A DNA stretch of 64,000 nucleotides. It comes from Candidatus Fermentibacteraceae bacterium. Its GTDB lineage: Bacteria; Fermentibacterota; Fermentibacteria; Fermentibacterales; JCC-6. The translations under genes and the position numbers were made by a program. The number at the start of each line of letters is the position of its first letter. The first letter of the stretch is position 1. Below the pieces are notes generated by a model. That model ran no database searches. It was not told the origin of the DNA and saw nothing but the letters and a program-made list of their open reading frames with translations. The DNA is taken from contig JAWOHL010000041.1 of the NCBI GenBank assembly GCA_046485185.1, forward strand, positions 67,299 to 131,298, in the 5' to 3' direction. Below are positions 1 through 9,169 of the stretch, piece by piece.

Positions 1-11
1 CATTCAGTCTC

Positions 12-329
12 CTATCCCGCAGTGATGGTCTCGCCGCAAGCCTTGCACTTGCGAGAGAGATTGCCGTCTTCATCCCTGACACGGCTCATGCCCGAAGCCT
101 TGCCGCAGTCAGGACAGATCACCTGAAGATTCGAAGCGTCGATTGGGGCTTCCTTCTCCACGATCCCACCCTGCTGGTTCTTCTGGGACGGACGGGTGTG
201 GCGCTTGATGATCCTTACGCCTTCCACAACTGCCTTGTTCTTGTCCCGGAAGACCTTCAGTACCTTGCCGGTCTTGCCTTTGTCGTTCCCGGTGATGACA
301 AGAACCTTGTCGCCCTTGCGCACATGCAT
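12..329 (-). CDS. rplX: 50S ribosomal protein L24, with a C-terminal CxxC...CxxC variant
   Basis: 105-aa ORF with the KOW motif (KGDKVLVITGNDKGKTGKV) and GGIVEKEAPI. It lies between rplN and a GGAGA-N4-ATG at 3..1, the presumed rplE start. Confidence 0.95.
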   Translation of the reverse strand: MHVRKGDKVLVITGNDKGKTGKVLKVFRDKNKAVVEGVRIIKRHTRPSQKNQQGGIVEKEAPIDASNLQVICPDCGKASGMSRVRDEDGNLSRKCKACGETITAG

Positions 330-330
330 C

Positions 331-696
331 CTAAATCACCTCCGGCGCCAGCGAGACGATCTTCATGAAACGCTGACGAAGCTCACGACCCACGGGACCG
401 AAGATCCTTGTGGCCACAGGCTGCCCTGCGTCGTCAAGGATCACTGCGGCGTTGTCGTCGAACCTTACGCTCGAGCCGTCGGCACGGTTGAGTTCCTTGC
501 GGGTGCGGACCACAACCGCCCTTCTGACTTCACTCTTCTTCACTGTCCCACCGGGGGACGATTCCTTCACGGTGACCACGATGAGGTCACCGATGCCGGC
601 GTACCGACGCCCGGTACCACCCAGTACCTTGATGCACATGACCTCCCGGGCGCCGGAGTTGTCGGCTACCTTGAGCCTGGATAACACCTGAATCAT
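331..696 (-). CDS. rplN: 50S ribosomal protein L14
   Basis: 121 aa, [27 protein letters not shown], a typical L14. Operon position fits. Confidence 0.97.
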   Translation of the reverse strand: MIQVLSRLKVADNSGAREVMCIKVLGGTGRRYAGIGDLIVVTVKESSPGGTVKKSEVRRAVVVRTRKELNRADGSSVRFDDNAAVILDDAGQPVATRIFGPVGRELRQRFMKIVSLAPEVI

Positions 697-707
697 ATCC
701 GGCCTCC

Positions 708-971
708 CTACTTGGCCTTCTCGACGATCTCAATCAGGCGCCATCTCTTGAGTCTGGAGAGGGGGCGGGTTTCCGCGATGGTAACCACATCCCCCACGGC
801 GCACTGGTTGTTCTCGTCGTGGGCGTAATACCTGCTGCTGCTTCGAACGCGCTTCTTGTAGGCCGGGTGCGCCTTGACCGAGGTGACTTCCACCACTGCG
901 GTCTTGTCCATGGCGTTGGAAACCACGGTTCCCCGAAGCACTCTTCTGTTTCCTACTCTTGTTTCGGCCAT
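708..971 (-). CDS. rpsQ: 30S ribosomal protein S17
   Basis: 87 aa, [18 protein letters not shown]...YKKRV...YYAHDENN, S17-like. Lies between rpmC and rplN. Confidence 0.95.
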   Translation of the reverse strand: MAETRVGNRRVLRGTVVSNAMDKTAVVEVTSVKAHPAYKKRVRSSSRYYAHDENNQCAVGDVVTIAETRPLSRLKRWRLIEIVEKAK

Positions 972-973
972 GG

Positions 974-1192
974 TCAGTTCCCTTCCCCGGCTTTGGTTTC
1001 AATGCCCATGTCTATCTCATGAAGAATGGACAAGGCCCGGGCCAGATCTTTCCGGACCATGCGAACCTTAACCGGGTTGTCGAGCTGCTGGGCCGCCTTG
1101 CGGAACCTGAGGTTGAATATCTCCCGCTGGAGCTCCCTCACCTGTTCCTCAAGCTCATCCTTGCTCATGGCCCGGAATTCATGAGGTTTCAC
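974..1192 (-). CDS. rpmC: 50S ribosomal protein L29
   Basis: 72 aa, ELREMS-like start ([26 protein letters not shown]). Overlaps the rplP stop by 4 nt. Confidence 0.93.
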   Translation of the reverse strand: MKPHEFRAMSKDELEEQVRELQREIFNLRFRKAAQQLDNPVKVRMVRKDLARALSILHEIDMGIETKAGEGN

Positions 1193-1611
1193 TGGTGAGC
1201 CTCCTTATCCCTGATCACGAAACGGGTCGCCACCGGCAACTTGTGCCCGGCGAGGCGCATGGCCTCCCTGGCTGTTTCCGGCGCCACTCCCTCGATTTCA
1301 AACATCACCCGGCCGGGTCTGATCACAGCAACCCAGCCCTCAACCGGTCCCTTGCCCTTACCCATCCTTGTTTCCAGGGGAGTGGCGGTAATGGGCTTGT
1401 CCGGGAAGATCCTGATCCAGACCTTTCCACCCCTCTTGATGTGCCTTGTCATGGCGATTCGGGCAGCCTCGATCTGGGCGCTTGTTATCCAACCGGGAGC
1501 CAGGGCCTGAAGGCCGAATTCACCGAAGGAAACCTCGGCTCCGCCTTTGGCCATTCCCCGCATTCTTCCCCGGTGCTGCTTCCGGTACTTAGTTCTTTTC
1601 GGCATCAACAT
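1189..1611 (-). CDS. rplP: 50S ribosomal protein L16
   Basis: 140 aa, [19 protein letters not shown], the L16 signature. Confidence 0.97.
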   Translation of the reverse strand: MLMPKRTKYRKQHRGRMRGMAKGGAEVSFGEFGLQALAPGWITSAQIEAARIAMTRHIKRGGKVWIRIFPDKPITATPLETRMGKGKGPVEGWVAVIRPGRVMFEIEGVAPETAREAMRLAGHKLPVATRFVIRDKEAHQ

Positions 1612-1628
1612 GCTGCATCACCACTCTC

Positions 1629-2282
1629 TCAGGATCCGGCCACGGGGGCTTCGTGAACATCGCCCACATAGATCCAGACCTTTACGCCGATCACGCCGTA
1701 TGTGGTACGGGAGACGGCCCTGGCGAAATCGATGTCCGCCCTGAGGGTGTGCAAAGGAACCCGGCCCTCATGGTACGTGTTGATCCTGGACATCTCGGCT
1801 CCGCCAAGCCTGCCGGAGCAGGAAACCTTGATTCCCAGAGCGCCGGCCCGCATCGTGTCGGATATTGTTCTCTTTATGGCCCTTCTGACCGAAACCCTGT
1901 TCTCCAACTGCCTGGCAACGTTCTCGGCGACCAGGACCGCGCTCACTTCCGGGTTGTCGATCTGGTCGACCTTGACCTTGACGGTCTTGTCGGTGAGGGC
2001 GGTGAGTTCACTGGTGAGCCTGTCGATGGTCTTGCCCCTGGTGCCGATGACCATGCCGGGTCTTGCCGTGCTTATGGCGATATGCACTTCCTGGGGCTTC
2101 CTGAGGATCTGGACCTTGCTGATCTGGGCCTTGTCGAGAAGGGGGTTCAGAAGGATGTACTTCCTGATCCTTGCGTCCTCTTCAACCAGCTTCGCGAAAT
2201 TTCTGCCCTTGGCGAACCAGACCGAGTCCCAGCTTCTGGTGATTCCCAGCCTGAGGCCGATAGGATTTGTCTTCTGTCCCAT
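1629..2282 (-). CDS. rpsC: 30S ribosomal protein S3
   Basis: 217 aa, MGQKTNPIGLRLGI with KH-domain motifs. Confidence 0.97.
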   Translation of the reverse strand: MGQKTNPIGLRLGITRSWDSVWFAKGRNFAKLVEEDARIRKYILLNPLLDKAQISKVQILRKPQEVHIAISTARPGMVIGTRGKTIDRLTSELTALTDKTVKVKVDQIDNPEVSAVLVAENVARQLENRVSVRRAIKRTISDTMRAGALGIKVSCSGRLGGAEMSRINTYHEGRVPLHTLRADIDFARAVSRTTYGVIGVKVWIYVGDVHEAPVAGS

Positions 2283-2284
2283 GT

Positions 2285-2650
2285 TTACCTCTTCTCCGGT
2301 CCGGCTGATTCACCCTGGCTGACCCTGACGGTGATGTGGCTGGTCCGGTGAACAATACGGGTGGCCCTGCCCCTGGCCCTGGGGCGCCAGCGGGCAACCA
2401 TGGGGCCCTCGTCCACTGTTATGACGGAAACCTTCATTTTTTCAGCCTCGAGTTTTGCCCCGTCGGAGAGAAAGACGGCGTTCGCCACTGCGGAATCGAG
2501 TGTCTTGGCGATTATCTTCGAGGCGATCTTGGGCACTGTCATGAGTATGGACAGCGCCTGGCCCACGGATTTGCCCCGGATGAGGTCGGCGACCTGCCTT
2601 GCCTTCCGGGGGGGGACCCTGACGAATCTGGCCTTTGCCACAGCTTCCAT
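2285..2650 (-). CDS. rplV: 50S ribosomal protein L22
   Basis: Internal ATG of the 165-aa track ORF gives 121 aa, MEAVAKARFVRVPPRKARQVADLIRGK. The upstream 44 codons overlap rpsS out of frame and look non-coding. Confidence 0.93.
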   Translation of the reverse strand: MEAVAKARFVRVPPRKARQVADLIRGKSVGQALSILMTVPKIASKIIAKTLDSAVANAVFLSDGAKLEAEKMKVSVITVDEGPMVARWRPRARGRATRIVHRTSHITVRVSQGESAGPEKR

Positions 2651-2660
2651 TCTCCCACCC

Positions 2661-2927
2661 CTACTTCTTCTTCTCGCGGTGACCGCGGAAGGTTCGGGTG
2701 GGGGCGAACTCGCCGAGCTTGTGCCCCACCATGTTCTCCACAACGAAAACCGGGACGAACTTGCGGCCGTTGTGAACCGCAAAGGTCTGGCCTACGAAAT
2801 CCGGCGGGATCGTGGATCTTCTGGCCCAGGTCTTTATTACCTTGCTTTCGCCGGTCTGGCCCATGAGCTCCACCTTCCGGAGAAGCCCGGCATCGATGAA
2901 CGGGCCTTTTTTCAGGGAACGCGCCAT
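2661..2927 (-). CDS. rpsS: 30S ribosomal protein S19
   Basis: 88-aa tail of the 183-aa track [15 protein letters not shown]...[15 protein letters not shown]. Confidence 0.95.
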   Translation of the reverse strand: MARSLKKGPFIDAGLLRKVELMGQTGESKVIKTWARRSTIPPDFVGQTFAVHNGRKFVPVFVVENMVGHKLGEFAPTRTFRGHREKKK

Positions 2928-2929
2928 CG

Positions 2930-3772
2930 CTACTTCCTCCTCTTTCCGGTGGGTCTGCGCCTTAAGATGAGTTTGCTCGATTCCTTCTTGGGCTTCCGGG
3001 TGCGAAGGCCCTTGGCGAGCTGTCCCCAGGGTGAGCACGGATGACGGCCACCGCTTGTCTTGCCTTCCCCGCCGCCCATGGGGTGATCGACCGGGTTCAT
3101 GGCAACACCCCTGACGTGGGGTCTTCTGCCGACCCAGCGGCTGGCTCCGGCCTTGCCCGGGACAACGAGATTGTGCTCGGAGTTGCCGACCTGGCCGATG
3201 GTGGCCATGCACGCGGCGGGCACCCTTCTCATCTCACGGGAGGGCATGCGCAATGTGGCGTAGCCACCCTCGCGAGCCATGAGTTGAACGGAAGCGCCCG
3301 CGCTTCGGGCGATCTGTCCGCCCTTGCCGGGCTTCATCTCGACATTGTGAACCATTGTGCCGAGAGGAACCCTGTTAAGGGGGAGGTGGTTGCCGATCTC
3401 GGGAGGGGCCTCGGAGCCGCTGAGAACGGTCTGGCCGACTTCAAGACCCTCGGGGGCAATGATGTACCGCTTCTCACCGTCGCAGTAGATCACGAGGGCG
3501 ATCCTGGCACTGCGGTTCGGATCGTATTCGATCGAATCGACCCTGCCCGGAATGCCCGGCTTGTTCCTGCGGAAGTCTACGATCCTGTACATCCGCTTGT
3601 GACCGCCACCCCGGTGCCTGGCGGTAACGCGCCCCTTGTTGTTCCGTCCGGCCTTGCTCGGCAGGGTTACAAGAAGGGACTTTTCGCCCTCACTTCTGGT
3701 TATCTCGGAGAAGTCGGGCGATACCTTGAACCTGGTACCAGGGGTGGTGGGCTTCCAACGCTTCATACCCAT
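2930..3772 (-). CDS. rplB: 50S ribosomal protein L2
   Basis: 280 aa, with [19 protein letters not shown] and [13 protein letters not shown]. Confidence 0.97.
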   Translation of the reverse strand: MGMKRWKPTTPGTRFKVSPDFSEITRSEGEKSLLVTLPSKAGRNNKGRVTARHRGGGHKRMYRIVDFRRNKPGIPGRVDSIEYDPNRSARIALVIYCDGEKRYIIAPEGLEVGQTVLSGSEAPPEIGNHLPLNRVPLGTMVHNVEMKPGKGGQIARSAGASVQLMAREGGYATLRMPSREMRRVPAACMATIGQVGNSEHNLVVPGKAGASRWVGRRPHVRGVAMNPVDHPMGGGEGKTSGGRHPCSPWGQLAKGLRTRKPKKESSKLILRRRPTGKRRK

Positions 3773-3774
3773 GG

Positions 3775-4062
3775 TTACACCCCCTCAAAGAAGTCGACCG
3801 TGTCGCCCTTTTTCAAGGTGACAACGGCTTTTTTCCAGGATGAGCGGCGACCCGCGAAGCGGCCCATGCGCTTAAGTTTGCCATCCATCCTGATGGTATG
3901 GACGGCGAGGACCGTCACACTGAATATCTCCTCGATCGCCTTGGCGATCTGGTGCTTGGTGGCACATGGCTTGACCTTGAAGGAGTAGGCGTTGAGGCTC
4001 TCCCGTGCCACGGTGGATTTCTCGGTGACAATGGGTTCAAGGATTATCTGTCGGGCATCCAT
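3775..4062 (-). CDS. rplW: 50S ribosomal protein L23
   Basis: 95 aa, [10 protein letters not shown]...FKV, L23-like. Operon position fits. Confidence 0.93.
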   Translation of the reverse strand: MDARQIILEPIVTEKSTVARESLNAYSFKVKPCATKHQIAKAIEEIFSVTVLAVHTIRMDGKLKRMGRFAGRRSSWKKAVVTLKKGDTVDFFEGV

Positions 4063-4685
4063 TACAAAAGCCTCGCTTTCAGCTCATCAATGGCCCGTTC
4101 GTCCATCAGAACCACTTCGGAGTTAACCAGCGTGGTCACAGGAACGCTTCGGGCACTGGCTGAGAACACACCGGGGATGTTGCGGGACGCCCTGGTGGCA
4201 AGTTCGTCTCCCTCGAGAGTGAGAATGAGGGTCTTCCTGCCCGAGCAACCGTTCCCTGCAAGCATTCCCGCAACCTGTCGGGTTTTGCCCTCGAGGAAAA
4301 AATCACGGATAAGGCGAAGGTTTCCCTCGTCCAGTCTTTCACTGAGTATCCCCGCAAGGGCCTTGCGACGTATCTTGCGGTTGAGCTTGATGCTCCAGGG
4401 ACGGGGATGCGGGCCGAACGCCACGCCTCCGCCACGCCAGATCGGCGACTTCTTGGAGCCGCTTCGGGCATGGCCGGTATGCTTCTGACGCCACGGTTTT
4501 TTCCCGCTGCCGACAACGAAGGCGCGGGTTTTCGTACTGGCGGTACCCCTGCGGCGGTTGGTCTGCTCGACCCTTACCACTTCCCACAGCACGTGGGTGG
4601 AAACCCCGGTTGAGAAGACCTCGTCCGGGAGCTGAACGGTGTCGACCTCTTCGCCGCTCATCGTGTATACCCTTGCGAGTGCCAT
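4062..4685 (-). CDS. rplD: 50S ribosomal protein L4
   Basis: 207 aa, with RRGTASTKTRAFVVGSGKKPWRQKHTGHARSGS. Confidence 0.95.
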   Translation of the reverse strand: MALARVYTMSGEEVDTVQLPDEVFSTGVSTHVLWEVVRVEQTNRRRGTASTKTRAFVVGSGKKPWRQKHTGHARSGSKKSPIWRGGGVAFGPHPRPWSIKLNRKIRRKALAGILSERLDEGNLRLIRDFFLEGKTRQVAGMLAGNGCSGRKTLILTLEGDELATRASRNIPGVFSASARSVPVTTLVNSEVVLMDERAIDELKARLL

Positions 4686-5320
4686 CAGCTGTTACCTCCG
4701 CTCCTGCGGTGCTTCCGAATAAGAAGGTAACCGTTCCTCGAGCCGGGAACTGCGCCCTTGAGCACGACGAGGTTCTTCTCACCGTCGACTTCCACAATTT
4801 CAAGGTTCTTTACCGTCACCTTGGTGTTGCCGGTCTGGCCGGGCATCTTCTTGTTCTTCCAGACACGGCCCGGGGTTGCGCACTGCCCGATCGAGCCCGG
4901 CACCCTGTGGGATTTGCAACCGTGGGTCTCATCACCACCGCTGAAACCGTGCCTTTTCACAACGCCCTGGAAACCCTTGCCCTTGCACAGGCCGGTGACG
5001 TCGACCTTCTCGCCGGGGCTGAACATGCTGACGGTGATGGTGTCGCCGGGCTTCACATCGCCTTCGGGCTTCCCAACTTCCGCAAGCCTGGACACGGGGG
5101 GAACCCCCGCCTTCGCCAGATGCCCCTTCCGGGGCTTGTTGAGCCGGCTTTCCTTCTGTGGAACGAAGCCCACCTGCACGGCGGCATAGCCGTCATGCTC
5201 GATGGTCTTCACTTGAACCACATGGTTGGGCGCCGCCTCGAGTACGGTGACCGGGACGACCCTGCCGTCTTCGTTGAAGACACGGGTCATGCCCAGTTTA
5301 CGAGCCATCAATCCGCTCAT
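4685..5320 (-). CDS. rplC: 50S ribosomal protein L3
   Basis: 211 aa, MSGLMARKLGMTRVF...KGKGFQGVVKRHGF. Confidence 0.96.
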   Translation of the reverse strand: MSGLMARKLGMTRVFNEDGRVVPVTVLEAAPNHVVQVKTIEHDGYAAVQVGFVPQKESRLNKPRKGHLAKAGVPPVSRLAEVGKPEGDVKPGDTITVSMFSPGEKVDVTGLCKGKGFQGVVKRHGFSGGDETHGCKSHRVPGSIGQCATPGRVWKNKKMPGQTGNTKVTVKNLEIVEVDGEKNLVVLKGAVPGSRNGYLLIRKHRRSGGNS

Positions 5321-5472
5321 ATACCACTTCCCGTCGCTGAAGTCCCCTTATTGGCGGGGGGACGAGCGTTTCTGTTCTTTCTTCCGTCGCCCGCCGGAGC
5401 ATCCGCCCAGGCTCCGCAGTGCGACATTTCCTCTTAATCCGGCCCCGCCGGATCAGTCAGGAGGAATGCAGG

Positions 5473-5778
5473 TTACTTGATCTCTACGTCCACACCCGCG
5501 GGAACATCGAGCTGACGCAGGGCTTCGGTGGTCTGCTCGTTGGGATCGCGGATCTCAATGAGCCTGGAGTGAACCCTCAACTCGAACTGCTCCCGTGATT
5601 TCTTGTCAACATGGGGGCTACGAAGAACCGTCAACATCGTGCGCCTTGTGGGCAGTGGGATCGGACCCGCAACCTTGGCCCCGGTGTTCAGCACGCCACG
5701 CACAATGGAAGCGGCCGACTTGTCCAGAAGCCGGTGATCATAGGCCCGAAGCCTTATTCTGAGCCGTATTTCGTTCAA
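5473..5778 (-). CDS. rpsJ: 30S ribosomal protein S10, probable TTG start
   Basis: [16 protein letters not shown]...[15 protein letters not shown]. The TTG at 5778 is preceded by AGGAGA-N4. The 14 codons upstream in the track ORF are not S10-like. Confidence 0.9.
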   Translation of the reverse strand: MNEIRLRIRLRAYDHRLLDKSAASIVRGVLNTGAKVAGPIPLPTRRTMLTVLRSPHVDKKSREQFELRVHSRLIEIRDPNEQTTEALRQLDVPAGVDVEIK

Positions 5779-5896
5779 CCCATCTCCTCGGTTCTTTACA
5801 AACCAGAAATAAACGCGCAATACACCCGTTCGGGAGAATCCCGCGCTGCCAATTCATTTTTTCACCCATTGGCTCATCGGAGCCTCCGGGGCGCCA

Positions 5897-5925
5897 AATA
5901 TGGTTGAATTCACAGAGAACCGCAA
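5897..5925 (-). promoter_or_regulatory. Candidate sigma70-type promoter of the S10 operon (TTGCGG-N17-CATATT)
   Basis: Hexamers read on the minus strand, about 120 nt upstream of the rpsJ start. Pattern match only. Confidence 0.3.
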
Positions 5926-5992
5926 CCACCCCTGGCCTTTCAGGGAAGTGCAAGCCTACCACAGAAAACCCGGTCTGTCAAGCCGCGGGGCA

Positions 5993-6022
5993 TTGACACC
6001 GGGGGCGCAGGGCCCTTATGGA
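5993..6022 (+). promoter_or_regulatory. Candidate promoter (TTGACA-N17/18-TTATGG/TATGGA) for the Cys-rich protein / amidohydrolase / alr operon
   Basis: Consensus -35 at 5993-5998. The ATG at 6044 is preceded by GGGAGGAG. Confidence 0.4.
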
Positions 6023-6043
6023 AACGGAAGGGAGGAGAAACTC

Positions 6044-6247
6044 ATGGAGTGCAAAAAGCCTGAAAACCTGAAGCGGTGCAACTGCAGCTACGAACCTTGC
6101 TCCCGAAAGGGTGTGTGCTGCGAGTGCGTGGCAGGCCACCTGAGGAACAGGGAGCTTCCGGGCTGCTTTTTCCCAAGGGAAGAAGAGAAAACGTGGGACC
6201 GTTCCTTCGAACACTTCGCAAGGCTTGTGGGAAAGGGGAAAGTCTGA
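6044..6247 (+). CDS. Small Cys-rich cytoplasmic protein of a conserved uncharacterised family (DUF6485-like, from memory)
   Basis: 67 aa from the internal ATG with a strong SD: MECKKPENLKRCNCSYEPCSRKGVCCECVAGHLRNRELPGCFF. The upstream part of track ORF 5900.. has no SD and a non-coding look. Confidence 0.7.
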   Translation: MECKKPENLKRCNCSYEPCSRKGVCCECVAGHLRNRELPGCFFPREEEKTWDRSFEHFARLVGKGKV

Positions 6248-7356
6248 ACACGCGAGAGCTGCGAAGGGCCCTTCACGAAAGGGCCGAGGTTTCCGGCAGG
6301 GAGGCCGCCACGGCAGTGATCGTGGCTGACTTTATTGCGGCAACACGTCCAACCAGGCTTCTGAGGGGGATCGCCGGGCACGGAGTGGCAGCTCTTTACC
6401 AAGGCGCTCTTCCCGGCCCCCGGGTAATGGTTCGATGCGAGCTCGACGGGCTTCCCATGCCGGATGGCGGCGGGGCGTATCACGGTTGCGGTCATGACGG
6501 TCACATTGCGATACTTGCCGGTGTTGCGGCACACCTTGCGGAGGCACCGCTCGAAGGGGGCTCGGTCCTGTTGCTTTTTCAGCCCTCGGAAGAGACCGGC
6601 GCAGGAGCCTCTGCGGTACTGAAGGACGAAGGCTTCAGATCGGTGATGCCCGACTTCGCCATGGCACTGCACAACCTTCCCGGGTTCGCGCTTGGTGAAG
6701 TCATCCTCAGGCATGGCGTTTTCGCCTCCGCATCGGCGGGGATCACCGTGCATCTCACCGGTGAGCGTTCCCACGCGGGGGAACCTCAGAAGGGCAGAAG
6801 CCCGGCAATGGCTGTCGCCCAGCTGATTCAGGCCCTGAGCGCCCTTCCACAGAGCAGGACCGGCCTCTTTCAACCCGCGAAGGTAACTGTCGTCCATGCG
6901 GCGCTTGGCGCTGAAACGTTCGGGACTTCACCGGGCGAGGCGGTGGTGATGGCAACCCTCAGGGCCTCCGAAAAGGAGGTTCTCGAAGAGCTGTTCCGCG
7001 AGTGCCGCCCTCTCGCGGAGGGGATCGCAGGGGCTTACGGACTCGGGGTTTCAGTGGGAAGAAGCGAAGAGTTTCCCCCTGTCTTCAACGACAGCCGTCT
7101 GGTGGACATTGTCGCAGAAGCCGCCAATGGGCTTGGCATGAACGTTTCACACAGGGACGAGCCCTTCCCCTGGTCTGAGGACTTCGGCCGCTTCACCGAT
7201 GCCGTCCCGGGGGTCCTTTTCGGCCTTGGCGCCGGAGAGGAAACACCTCCACTGCACCACCCGGATTACGATTTCCCCGACGGGCTTCTGCATTTGGGTT
7301 CCAAGCTGCTGCTGGAAACGGTACGATCAGTAATCAGCAGAGGAGGGTTATCATAG
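6244..7356 (+). CDS. M20D-family amidohydrolase (N-acyl-amino-acid / hippurate hydrolase-like); start uncertain (CTG 6244 or GTG 6193)
   Basis: ELRRALHERAEVSGRE N-terminus, HGCGHDGH and FQPSEE metal motifs. The track start at 6076 lies entirely inside the previous gene in another frame. Confidence 0.8.
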   Translation: MNTRELRRALHERAEVSGREAATAVIVADFIAATRPTRLLRGIAGHGVAALYQGALPGPRVMVRCELDGLPMPDGGGAYHGCGHDGHIAILAGVAAHLAEAPLEGGSVLLLFQPSEETGAGASAVLKDEGFRSVMPDFAMALHNLPGFALGEVILRHGVFASASAGITVHLTGERSHAGEPQKGRSPAMAVAQLIQALSALPQSRTGLFQPAKVTVVHAALGAETFGTSPGEAVVMATLRASEKEVLEELFRECRPLAEGIAGAYGLGVSVGRSEEFPPVFNDSRLVDIVAEAANGLGMNVSHRDEPFPWSEDFGRFTDAVPGVLFGLGAGEETPPLHHPDYDFPDGLLHLGSKLLLETVRSVISRGGLS

Positions 7357-7379
7357 GAATTGAGCCACACGCATCATCA

Positions 7380-8522
7380 ATGATCGAGGTCAGCCGAAGC
7401 GCCCTCAGGGCGAACATCCGTTTCATCAGAAGCACTATCGGGAACCGCCGCATCATCTCGGTCGTAAAAAGCAATGCCTACGGCCATGGCCTGGCCTGCT
7501 TCGTTCCCCTTGCAAGGGAACTGGGCATCAGCATGTTCGGGGTTTACGCCGCAGACGAGGCATCGATCCTGCTCAAGGCGGGAGTCCCCGGTGACGAAAT
7601 CATCGTGATGGGCTTCATTCACAGCGACGACATCCCCTGGGCCAACTCCGAAGGGATTTCCTTCTACGTCAGCGATGTCGAGAGGCTGAAAGAGTCGGTC
7701 TGCTCGGGAACCCCCGAAAGACCTTCGAACATACATCTGGAACTTGAGACGGGCATGAACCGCACCGGCATTCCCCCTGCCGCCCTTGAAACAGCTGTCG
7801 ATCTGCTGGAAGGCAATCGCGGTTCTCTAAGGCTGAGAGGAACCTGCACCCATCTCGCCGGCGCGGAGAACGCTGCCAATCACATGCGGATTCACAAACA
7901 GTTGGGCGCGTTCCTTGATGGTGTTGCCTTTCTTCGCGGGAAGGGAGTTGATACGGGCATCCTGCATACTGCCAGTTCCGCAGCGGCCCTTGTGATCCCC
8001 GAGGCCCGTTTCGACGCCGTGCGTGTTGGCATCGCCCAGTACGGCTACTGGCCGAGCATGGAGACCAGAATGCTTCACATCCTTTCCACCGGCCAATCCC
8101 CTGAAGGGTTCAAGAACCCGTTGAAAATGGTTATCAGCTGGAAAAGCACGATCATGGGCATTACGACTGTAAAGCCTGGGGAGTTCGTTGGTTACGGAAA
8201 CTTCTTCCTGACATCCCGCCGGCAGAAGATGGCGGCCGTTCCAGTCGGATACTCGCAGGGTTTTTCCAGAAGCCTGAGCAACCTTGGGTATGTGCTGGTC
8301 AGGGGACGGCGGGCAAAAGTATCGGGCATCGTCAACATGAACGGGATGACCGTTGATGTGACGGACTGCCCCGGGGTCACGAGGGGCGACGAGGTAGTCA
8401 TCATCGGAAAGCAGGGTAGAAGAGAGATCTCGGTAAGGTCGTTCGGAGATCTTGCCGGACACCTGAATTACGAGGTTCTCGCCCAGCTTCCCGACAGCAT
8501 CCCGAGAACTGTGACCGCCTGA
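7380..8522 (+). CDS. alr: Alanine racemase
   Basis: 380 aa with the PLP-lysine motif VVKSNAYGHG. Length and C-terminal beta-domain are typical. Confidence 0.9.
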   Translation: MIEVSRSALRANIRFIRSTIGNRRIISVVKSNAYGHGLACFVPLARELGISMFGVYAADEASILLKAGVPGDEIIVMGFIHSDDIPWANSEGISFYVSDVERLKESVCSGTPERPSNIHLELETGMNRTGIPPAALETAVDLLEGNRGSLRLRGTCTHLAGAENAANHMRIHKQLGAFLDGVAFLRGKGVDTGILHTASSAAALVIPEARFDAVRVGIAQYGYWPSMETRMLHILSTGQSPEGFKNPLKMVISWKSTIMGITTVKPGEFVGYGNFFLTSRRQKMAAVPVGYSQGFSRSLSNLGYVLVRGRRAKVSGIVNMNGMTVDVTDCPGVTRGDEVVIIGKQGRREISVRSFGDLAGHLNYEVLAQLPDSIPRTVTA

Positions 8523-8684
8523 GCGTCTCGAAGCTGCCCCCGCCCCTGCCCGGGCAGTTGTTCAGAACGGCCTTGCAGTCCCCGGTGCTTCATCCCGGTT
8601 GGATGACCCCTGAACTTGAATGTGTAAACCTTTGGGGAGAAGGGTCATGTTCTGCCCGGTTCAGAAGGGATCTGCATAATTCCA

Positions 8685-8713
8685 TTGACATTTTAACGAT
8701 CTCCCTCCATTAT
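8685..8713 (+). promoter_or_regulatory. Candidate promoter TTGACA-N17-CATTAT in an AT-rich island
   Basis: Consensus -35. The downstream gene starts at 8757 with a GGGAG SD. Confidence 0.4.
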
Positions 8714-8756
8714 CCAGTAATGTAAAACTATTCCTTCAACCAATAGGGAGCAAAAA

Positions 8757-9155
8757 ATGAAATGCCTGTTACTTTTTGCAGTTACTGCCTGCGCGGCATT
8801 TGCGGGCCAGACACCCATGGGCGACTCGCAGGGCATCACGCTACCGCCGTACAGGAACATGGACGAGATCAGAGAAGTTCTGGATGGAGTGAAAACATCA
8901 GTTCAAGAAGCTTACGAAGAACTTCTGGCTACCGAGCCTGAAGCTTCGGGAGACATCACTGTAAAATTCGCCATCACTCCGGCTGGTGCGGTAACCGATC
9001 TGGAGATCACATGCACCGGGGGGCTTGAAACCCTCATGGATCCTGTGGCCGAAACGATGACATCACTGGACTTCGGCAACTCTCCCGGTCAGGAGGGGAA
9101 CCTTCCTGTTTCCGTTCCCATCTCTCTTCTCCCACCTCAGCAGGAATCTGACTGA
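8757..9155 (+). CDS. Small secreted protein with a TonB-C / AgmX-PglI-like C-terminal domain
   Basis: Signal peptide MKCLLLFAVTACAAFAG. GDITVKFAITPAGAVTDLEI resembles the TonB-C fold signature. Confidence 0.6.
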   Translation: MKCLLLFAVTACAAFAGQTPMGDSQGITLPPYRNMDEIREVLDGVKTSVQEAYEELLATEPEASGDITVKFAITPAGAVTDLEITCTGGLETLMDPVAETMTSLDFGNSPGQEGNLPVSVPISLLPPQQESD

Positions 9156-9169
9156 TCTGACGAGAAGCA

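Noticed and set aside
1-11. rplE (L5) start.
   Set aside because: Only the ATG (3..1, minus strand) and its GGAGA SD lie in the window. That is too little to report as a feature.
196-5437. Many 60-315-aa plus-strand ORFs in the track overlapping the S10 operon, for example 196..684, 1653..2351, 3041..3988 and 4610..5437.
   Set aside because: They lie antisense to, or out of frame with, unmistakable ribosomal-protein genes. Their Arg/Pro/Gly-rich composition is typical of shadow ORFs in GC-rich DNA.
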